DNA of 64,000 bases. Source: Bacteroidia bacterium. Its GTDB lineage: Bacteria; Bacteroidota; Bacteroidia; SpSt-205. The notes under the pieces were generated by a model. It saw only the letters and a program-made list of their open reading frames with translations. It searched no databases and was not told the origin of the DNA. The stretch is from NCBI GenBank assembly GCA_025059535.1, contig JANXCX010000006.1, positions 10,913 to 74,912 of the forward strand, written 5' to 3'. Position numbers and translations under genes: made by a program. Below, piece after piece: positions 57,746 through 64,000 of this stretch; within the stretch, counting starts at the first letter, position 1, and each line of letters begins with the position of its first letter.

Positions 57746-60535
57746 ATGCAGGCTGTTTTGCTAGATAGTCTTATTCGGACCCTAGCCTATTTTGTTCTGC
57801 ATGGCAGCTTTTCAGCTAAAGAAGAAGTAGTTTTACGCCAGCTTCTTTTAGAGCTTGGGGTAGACCCGCAGCAGGAGCTGGGCCGGCTCCAGCAGTATTT
57901 AGCCAATCCTTCGCAGCTGCGACCGGAGTTGCTTCTACGCTCCATAAGTCAGCAGCTACCCCGCTCCTCCCGCTATCTTCTATATGCCTATGTCCTTCAG
58001 CTGGCTCATGCCGACCGCGTCTTTCAGCCCGAGGAGGAGGATTTCCTCAATCAGATGCGGAAGGAGTTTGAGATTTCTGAGGCGGAGAGCTGGCTCATAA
58101 TGCAATTTGCCCAGAGTAGCCGGATACGGAGTATAGACTCCCCTCAGCTTCTCATCGTAGGGGCGCCGGATAAGGAGGTGGCTCCTTCGGTACGTCACTT
58201 GCCCTTAGCCATACCAGGGTATGTGGCTTTTTTACACCTACCTTCGGTCAATCTGATTCTGATGCGCCTAGTGGGGCGTAATTTAGAAGCGCATCTAAAT
58301 GGGCAGTGGATTCATGGTGATGTCATACGGGTGTTTTCGGAGGGGGCCCTGCTTCGCCTGCGCGGCTACACGCTCACTTATAAGGAGGTATTAGAGCAGT
58401 TTCAGCCTGCGCCCTTTACCCAGCGCCTTCTGTGGGAAGTGCGGCGCGTTAGCTACAAGTTCAAAAGCGGCCAGGTAGCCATCCAGCCGCTAAGCTTTGA
58501 GGTCACCCAAGGGCGTCTCGTAGGGATCATGGGGCCAAGCGGGGCAGGTAAAAGTACGCTTTTGCGCCTGCTAAGCGGGCAGTTACAACCCACAAGCGGC
58601 CGCGTGTATCTCAATACCAAAGATATCCACGCCGACCCCCAGGCGATTCAAGGCCTTTTGGGCTTTGTACCTCAGGAGGACCTTCTTATTGAGGAGCTGA
58701 CCGTATGGGAAAATGTGTATTATGCGGCTCGGCTGGCTTATAAAACCGATGCTGAGGCTCGCGCCGCCACGGATAAAACGCTAAAAGAATTGGGCTTGAC
58801 TAAAGTGGCGCACCTACCGGTGGGCTCACCGCTCCATCCTACCATCAGCGGCGGGCAGCGCAAGCGCGTAAATATCGCCCTAGAGGTAGTGCGTCAGCCG
58901 CTGGTGCTTTTCGTGGATGAGCCTACCTCGGGCCTTTCCTCTTCCGATGCGCTGCAGGTAGTGGAGCTTCTTCAAGCTCTCGCCCGAGAGGGCCGAATCG
59001 TCTTTTTCACCCTGCACCAGCCCTCCTCCGAGATATACAAGAAGTTAGACTACCTGCTTTTTCTGGATGAGGGGGGTTATGCCATTTACTGGGGCTCACC
59101 GATTGCGGCCCTTCAGCACTTTCGGCGCGCCGCCGGCCTGGCTGAAAGCGAGCAGGTAGAATGCCCAAGCTGCCGGCGCGTAGAGCCTGAGTCCCTTTTT
59201 GATATTATCCAGGCCCGTCAGATTGATGAGCAGGGGGAGGCCCTTCTGCAGCGCAGTACCCCACCCGAACGCTGGTACGAAATTTTCTGGCGCAATTACA
59301 CCCCGCCGAAGACGCGCGTGGAAGTACCAGCCCTTCAGCCTCAGCCGCCGGCTTCCATCCTCCGCCAATGGCTCGTGCTGACGCTTCGGGAAGGGCTGCG
59401 CAAATGGCGCACCCGCATCGCTACATTAGCGCTCCTTCTGGCCGCACCGCTCTTGGGCCTTATCGTAGGCACCGTGCTCCGCTACCACCCCCCTCAAAGT
59501 AGCTACACGCTATACGAAAACGATAACCTTCCCACCGCCTTCTTCACTAACATCCTGGCTATGATCTTTTTGGGGATGTTGGCTTCGGCGGAAGAGCTTC
59601 TGCGCGACCGTAAGATTCGCCTGCGCGAGGCTTTCTTACACCTCAGCTGGAGCAGCTACCTCCACGCCAAGCTCTTCTGGACTATCCTCTTCTCCGCCGC
59701 TCAGGTAACCCTCTACTGGGGCACCGTGGCTTTCCTTCTCCAAATTCCCACGCTCTGGCTAGAAACCTGGACCATACTTTTTGTAGTTACGCTGCTCAGC
59801 AACCTTCTGGCGCTCAATCTCTCGGATGCCTTTACGCACCCCGTGCCCGTGTATGTGCTCATACCTATCCTGATTATTCCTCAGCTCGTTCTGAGTGGGG
59901 CGGTAATTCCCTTTGACCGCTTCAATCCTCTTCTGCGCAGCGAAGCCCCTGTCCCCTTCTTAGCGGGCTTTTCCTTTACGCGCTGGGCCTATGAGGCTCA
60001 GGTAGTGCTGTATTTTACCCGAAATCCCTATCAGGCGGCGTTATATCCGACCCAAGCCTACCAATCCCTTTTACGCTACCATCTACGCCACGAACTGCCA
60101 ACGCGGCAGACCCAAGGCGACACTACGGAGTACCTGCAGAAGTGGGGAAAGCCCACTCTGGCAGCGTTGGAAAGCTTTTTGCGTCAGGAGCTTCAGAAAA
60201 CTACCCAGCGTCTCCTCCTTCAGGAAAGTCGGATGCCGCCAGAGCTGCGCCTGCGCTACCACAACGAGGCTTTGGAAAAAACTGCCCTTAATGTGCAGGG
60301 TACCCAGAAGCTCCTCTACCACAAGGGCCGCTATATCCGCCTATATGAGCCGGCCTATCTTACCGCCCCTCAAGAAGGCCCTTATCCTTTCTTTGTAGCG
60401 GCAAAGTGCCTTGGAGGCACCTGCTGGCCCACTCCTACCTACAACCTCTTTATCCTTATAGGCATGGGGGTAGGGCTCTGGCTGCTTCTCGTTACGCGTA
60501 CCCTAAACCATTTGTTCTTAAAGGGAAAGCCTTGA
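57746..60535 (+). CDS. ABCG-like fused transporter: TerB-like N-domain, ATPase and ABC-2 membrane domain
   Basis: AHAD.VF..EE, GPSGAGKST, ISGGQRKR, DEPTSGL, HQPS, TM helices. Confidence 0.85.
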   Translation: MQAVLLDSLIRTLAYFVLHGSFSAKEEVVLRQLLLELGVDPQQELGRLQQYLANPSQLRPELLLRSISQQLPRSSRYLLYAYVLQLAHADRVFQPEEEDFLNQMRKEFEISEAESWLIMQFAQSSRIRSIDSPQLLIVGAPDKEVAPSVRHLPLAIPGYVAFLHLPSVNLILMRLVGRNLEAHLNGQWIHGDVIRVFSEGALLRLRGYTLTYKEVLEQFQPAPFTQRLLWEVRRVSYKFKSGQVAIQPLSFEVTQGRLVGIMGPSGAGKSTLLRLLSGQLQPTSGRVYLNTKDIHADPQAIQGLLGFVPQEDLLIEELTVWENVYYAARLAYKTDAEARAATDKTLKELGLTKVAHLPVGSPLHPTISGGQRKRVNIALEVVRQPLVLFVDEPTSGLSSSDALQVVELLQALAREGRIVFFTLHQPSSEIYKKLDYLLFLDEGGYAIYWGSPIAALQHFRRAAGLAESEQVECPSCRRVEPESLFDIIQARQIDEQGEALLQRSTPPERWYEIFWRNYTPPKTRVEVPALQPQPPASILRQWLVLTLREGLRKWRTRIATLALLLAAPLLGLIVGTVLRYHPPQSSYTLYENDNLPTAFFTNILAMIFLGMLASAEELLRDRKIRLREAFLHLSWSSYLHAKLFWTILFSAAQVTLYWGTVAFLLQIPTLWLETWTILFVVTLLSNLLALNLSDAFTHPVPVYVLIPILIIPQLVLSGAVIPFDRFNPLLRSEAPVPFLAGFSFTRWAYEAQVVLYFTRNPYQAALYPTQAYQSLLRYHLRHELPTRQTQGDTTEYLQKWGKPTLAALESFLRQELQKTTQRLLLQESRMPPELRLRYHNEALEKTALNVQGTQKLLYHKGRYIRLYEPAYLTAPQEGPYPFFVAAKCLGGTCWPTPTYNLFILIGMGVGLWLLLVTRTLNHLFLKGKP

Positions 60536-60538
60536 TGA

Positions 60539-61513
60539 ATGGCCCTCATCACTTCATCGCCGGCTACCTTGCGTAGCCTTCAAGAGAGCCTCCCCGAGTG
60601 GCAGGTTTTTGAGGCATTTTATCAGCGTCTCCTTCAGACGGGCGTATATAGGGACAATTGGCTTTTGGCCAAACTGGGGGGCTTTCTACTGCGGCGCAGC
60701 GGCAAGCGCCTGCGTCCTCTTCTCCTACTTTATATAGCCAAGGCCTGCGGGGAAATTACGGAAGCCACTTATGTGGCTGCCTGCCTAATAGAGATTTTGC
60801 ATAACGCTACGCTTATTCACGACGATGTAGTGGATGACTCGGAGTACCGGCGCGGCTTTTTTTCCATGCGCGCCCTATGGGGGAATCGCATTGCGGTACT
60901 CTTTGGGGATTGGCTTTTGGCTCAGGGACTTATAACGGCCCTTCGCTATCAGCAGCCGCAGCTGCTTCAGTACGCCTCCGAAGCCGTAGAGGCGCTAGCG
61001 GAGGGTGAGCTGCTCCAACTCAAGCGGATGCGGGAAGCCAGCCAGCAGCTGGACTCCTACTTCAAGGTTATCCAGAAAAAAACGGCTGCCCTTTTCCAGG
61101 CGGCATGCAAAATGGGGGCTTGGAGCGTGGGGGCCTCCGAAGCGCTTATTGAGCGCGCCGGAGCTATCGGCCAAGAGCTAGGAATTGCCTTCCAAATTCG
61201 GGATGATCTACTGGACTGGCAGACCACCGAGCGCACGGGCAAGCCCGTAGATGCCGACCGCCGGCAAAAACGCTTTACCCTACCCCTGCTGTGGGCTTTC
61301 CAACAGGCCACACCCCCTCAGCGAAAAGTACTTTTACAGGGCTCCTTCCGAGAAAGCAAAGCCCTTTTAGAAGCTATGGGAGCTTTTGCCTATGCCGAAG
61401 CCCTGATTGAAGCCCAAACCCAAAAGGCCCAGCGCCTGGCCGAGGCACTTCCCTACGCCCAAAATCTACCCCTTACACAGCTTTTCCACCTCCTCCTCAA
61501 AGGCAGCGGCTGA
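60539..61513 (+). CDS. Polyprenyl diphosphate synthase
   Basis: GKRLRP, HDDVVD...RRG, KTAALF, FQIRDDLLD. Confidence 0.93.
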   Translation: MALITSSPATLRSLQESLPEWQVFEAFYQRLLQTGVYRDNWLLAKLGGFLLRRSGKRLRPLLLLYIAKACGEITEATYVAACLIEILHNATLIHDDVVDDSEYRRGFFSMRALWGNRIAVLFGDWLLAQGLITALRYQQPQLLQYASEAVEALAEGELLQLKRMREASQQLDSYFKVIQKKTAALFQAACKMGAWSVGASEALIERAGAIGQELGIAFQIRDDLLDWQTTERTGKPVDADRRQKRFTLPLLWAFQQATPPQRKVLLQGSFRESKALLEAMGAFAYAEALIEAQTQKAQRLAEALPYAQNLPLTQLFHLLLKGSG

Positions 61514-61532
61514 AAAGTTATCTTTGTCCCGA

Positions 61533-62495
61533 ATGGAAGTAGTGGAGAAGGAGATTTTACTGGAAAATGTGGATTTGCTAGGCTTCTACGGTGTGGGCAA
61601 CGAAAACCTTCAACTTCTGCGCAGCGCTTATCCGGACGTACGGCTAATTGCGCGCGGCAGTAGCATTAAGGCGCAGGGGGATCCCGCCACGCTGGCGCGC
61701 GTGGGCGCTATCATTGAAGCGATGATTCAAGAAGTGCGCAAGCATGGCCACTTACCCTCTGAACGGGTGCGCCAAATTCTCCTCAGGATGCAGGAAAGCG
61801 CGGCTTTGCCTCTGCCGGAGCGTGGCCCTTCCATTTTGCGTACGGTTTCAGGTCAGGTCGTAATGCCGCGCACGGAAGGCCAGCGCCTACTGGCTCAAGC
61901 TATTGAAACCCACGACATTACCTTTGCCATAGGCCCAGCCGGTACGGGCAAGACCTACCTCGCCGTGGCCTACGCCGTGCGTGCCTTGAAGGAGCGACAG
62001 ATTCGGAAGATCGTCCTCACGCGGCCAGCCGTAGAGGCTGGCGAAAGTTTGGGCTTCCTCCCTGGCAGTGTGCAGGAAAAAACCGCGCCCTACCTCCGCC
62101 CGCTCTACGACTCTTTAGAAGAGATGCTCTCAGCCGAAAAGCTCGCCCAGCTTATGGAGCAGAATGTAATTGAGATTGCCCCACTGGCCTATATGCGCGG
62201 CCGCACCCTCAACCACGCCTTCATTATCCTGGATGAGGCACAAAATGCCACCCGCCTGCAAATGAAAATGTTTCTCACACGTTTTGGCCATCACTCTAAA
62301 ATCGTCATCACGGGCGACCTAAGTCAAATAGATTTGCCCCGACCGGAAAGCTCGGGCCTTCTGCATGCTATCCAGCTCTTAGAGGGCACCCCAGGTATTG
62401 CCGTCGTGCGCCTTTCGGAAAGCGATATCGTACGCCATCCCCTCGTAACTACTATTGTGCGCCTCTACGAAGAAGATGCGCAGCGTCACCGATAG
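61533..62495 (+). CDS. phoH: PhoH family protein
   Basis: GPAGTGKTYLA, RPAVEAGE.LGFLPG, AYMRGRT, DEAQN, VRHPLV; TATCTTTG at 61519-61526. Confidence 0.95.
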   Translation: MEVVEKEILLENVDLLGFYGVGNENLQLLRSAYPDVRLIARGSSIKAQGDPATLARVGAIIEAMIQEVRKHGHLPSERVRQILLRMQESAALPLPERGPSILRTVSGQVVMPRTEGQRLLAQAIETHDITFAIGPAGTGKTYLAVAYAVRALKERQIRKIVLTRPAVEAGESLGFLPGSVQEKTAPYLRPLYDSLEEMLSAEKLAQLMEQNVIEIAPLAYMRGRTLNHAFIILDEAQNATRLQMKMFLTRFGHHSKIVITGDLSQIDLPRPESSGLLHAIQLLEGTPGIAVVRLSESDIVRHPLVTTIVRLYEEDAQRHR

Positions 62496-63267
62496 CCTAG
62501 GCCGAACGCTCCTTGTGCCAGAGGCCCCCCAGCGTATCCTCTGCCTATGCCCCTCCCTTACCGAGACGCTTTTCGCCTTAGGCCTAGAGGGGAAAATTGT
62601 GGGCCGCACGCGCTACTGCATCCATCCAGCCGATAAGGTGCGGCATTTACCCGTCGTAGGTGGCACAAAAAAAATTGACCTTGGGCTGGTACGCGAGCTG
62701 GCGCCGGACCTCATCATCGCCGAAAAGGAAGAAAACACCAAGGCAGATGTAGAAGCCCTTTCGGCGATAGCCCCAGTTTTTGTAACAAATGTAGAAAACT
62801 ACGAGGATGCCTTGCAGGCCATCCGACAGCTGGGCGATCTTACCGGCGCATGCTCAGAAGCCGAAGCGCTCGTAGAAGGGATTGAGCGGGCTTTTGCTCA
62901 GGTGTCTCCTCTCCCACAGCCTCGGCGTGTGCTATATCTGATTTGGCGGGAGCCCTTCATGGCTGCAGGCCAAAATACCTACATCAATAGCCTGCTGGAA
63001 CGGCTCAACCTCGTAAATGAAGCCCTTTTCTTAGAAGGCCGCTACCCCATAATAGAGGAGCCTAGCCGCCTTCATCCGCATTTTATTTTTCTTAGCTCGG
63101 AGCCTTACCCTTTTAGCGAGAAGCATATCCCGGAGGTGCAGCGCCTTTGGCCGCATGCTTTGATTCACCTCGTACGGGGAGACTACTTCAGCTGGTATGG
63201 CGTGCGGATGCTAGAAGCGGCGCCGTACTTCCGGCAGCTGGTAGAACGCCTGGCTAAGAGCGAATAG
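62476..63267 (+). CDS. Helical-backbone metal/cobalamin-binding protein (BtuF-like)
   Basis: RI..L.PSLTE, GRTRYCIHP, GGTK, KEEN, LSSEPYPF, FSWYG. Confidence 0.88.
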   Translation: MRSVTDSLGRTLLVPEAPQRILCLCPSLTETLFALGLEGKIVGRTRYCIHPADKVRHLPVVGGTKKIDLGLVRELAPDLIIAEKEENTKADVEALSAIAPVFVTNVENYEDALQAIRQLGDLTGACSEAEALVEGIERAFAQVSPLPQPRRVLYLIWREPFMAAGQNTYINSLLERLNLVNEALFLEGRYPIIEEPSRLHPHFIFLSSEPYPFSEKHIPEVQRLWPHALIHLVRGDYFSWYGVRMLEAAPYFRQLVERLAKSE

Positions 63268-63547
63268 TTTCCTTGTAGCGCGTAAGCTGGCGCCGCACAG
63301 CCGCTAAAGCCGCATCAAACGCCTCCTGAAAGTTAGAGGCCCGCTCCTCCGCTACGAGAGTCTCGCCGGGCACATGCACGCGCAGACGTACCTGATGCGT
63401 AGCACCTTTTACGCCCAGCTCTTGAAGGAAAATATCGCTATTCACAATAAAGGCGAAATCCGACAGAAGGCGCTTCATGCGCCCTTCTACATATTCGGTG
63501 AAAGTTGGACTTAAGGGAATAGTACCAGCATGCAGTTCGTAGCGCAT
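63254..63547 (-). CDS. hpf: Ribosome hibernation factor HPF/RaiA
   Basis: YVE.RM..L, VPGETLVAEE....F.EAFD.....VRRQL.RYK. Confidence 0.88.
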   Translation of the reverse strand: MRYELHAGTIPLSPTFTEYVEGRMKRLLSDFAFIVNSDIFLQELGVKGATHQVRLRVHVPGETLVAEERASNFQEAFDAALAAVRRQLTRYKETIRS

Positions 63548-63563
63548 ACCAAGGGCAAATATA
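63545..63563 (-). promoter_or_regulatory. TAnnTTTG promoter plus 8-nt spacer, identical to the DUF2795 copy at 6479-6497
   Basis: Minus strand TATATTTG-CCCTTGGT-ATG. Confidence 0.75.
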
Positions 63564-63635
63564 GCTTTTTGTCTAATATAAACCTTTCAAAAGGCGACTT
63601 GGGTAGGCATAAAGTCCGTGGGGCTGAAGAGGTAG

Positions 63636-63971
63636 CTACTTGATTAGCGCAGCAAGCCCGAGAAGCCCCCACCCTAAGAAAAGGCATATACCGCCAGCTG
63701 GGGCTACAAGCGTGGCGCGCGTGAGTCCAGCTAAGTGACTCAGATAAATACTGCCTCCAAAAAGCCCCCCTCCTACGAGGAAGCTGGCTATAATCAGGTA
63801 CCGAAAGGATAGAGGCTTTTCCTGGCTTAGCCAGAGTAAGATAGGGGCGTGCGTAAGAAATATAAAGGCGGCCTGATTCAAGGCGGGGATGGGGCGTACG
63901 TGCGCATAAAGTGTAGCACCCAGCAGGCCTAAAAGCCCCCACAAGGCGGCTATACCCTGCAGCCATCTCAT
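63636..63971 (-). CDS. DUF423 small membrane protein
   Basis: GA...H, G..LF.GSIY, AP.GG..L..GW. Confidence 0.8.
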   Translation of the reverse strand: MRWLQGIAALWGLLGLLGATLYAHVRPIPALNQAAFIFLTHAPILLWLSQEKPLSFRYLIIASFLVGGGLFGGSIYLSHLAGLTRATLVAPAGGICLFLGWGLLGLAALIK

Positions 63972-64000
63972 GCCGACGCAGCCTCGGAATCGGCTAAAAC

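Overview
A 64 kb, very gene-dense stretch of core chromosome from a Bacteroidota bacterium. The evidence is T9SS cargo, DUF2795, DUF2480, GWxTD and the TAnnTTTG promoter motif. The Arg/Leu/Pro/Trp-rich proteome and apparent TCGA avoidance suggest a thermophile (inference). It holds about 63 CDS and tRNA-His(GTG). The CDS include exbD/tonB, ferritin, valS, rpsT, folC, paaN, ychF, lptB, carB, ppx, lepA, rpmE2, relA/spoT, phoH and hpf. I found no mobile element, CRISPR array or defence island. The strongest unexplained signal is architectural. The Bacteroidota -7 promoter box sits only 3-8 nt (mostly 4) upstream of more than 20 start codons, which implies pervasive leaderless or near-leaderless mRNAs. 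This goes with divergent genes sharing one CATG, interlocked promoters, an identical 19-bp promoter/leader on DUF2795 and hpf, ultra-short signal peptides and two small ORFs missed by the ORF track. All annotations come from recognising motifs by eye; no database searches were run.
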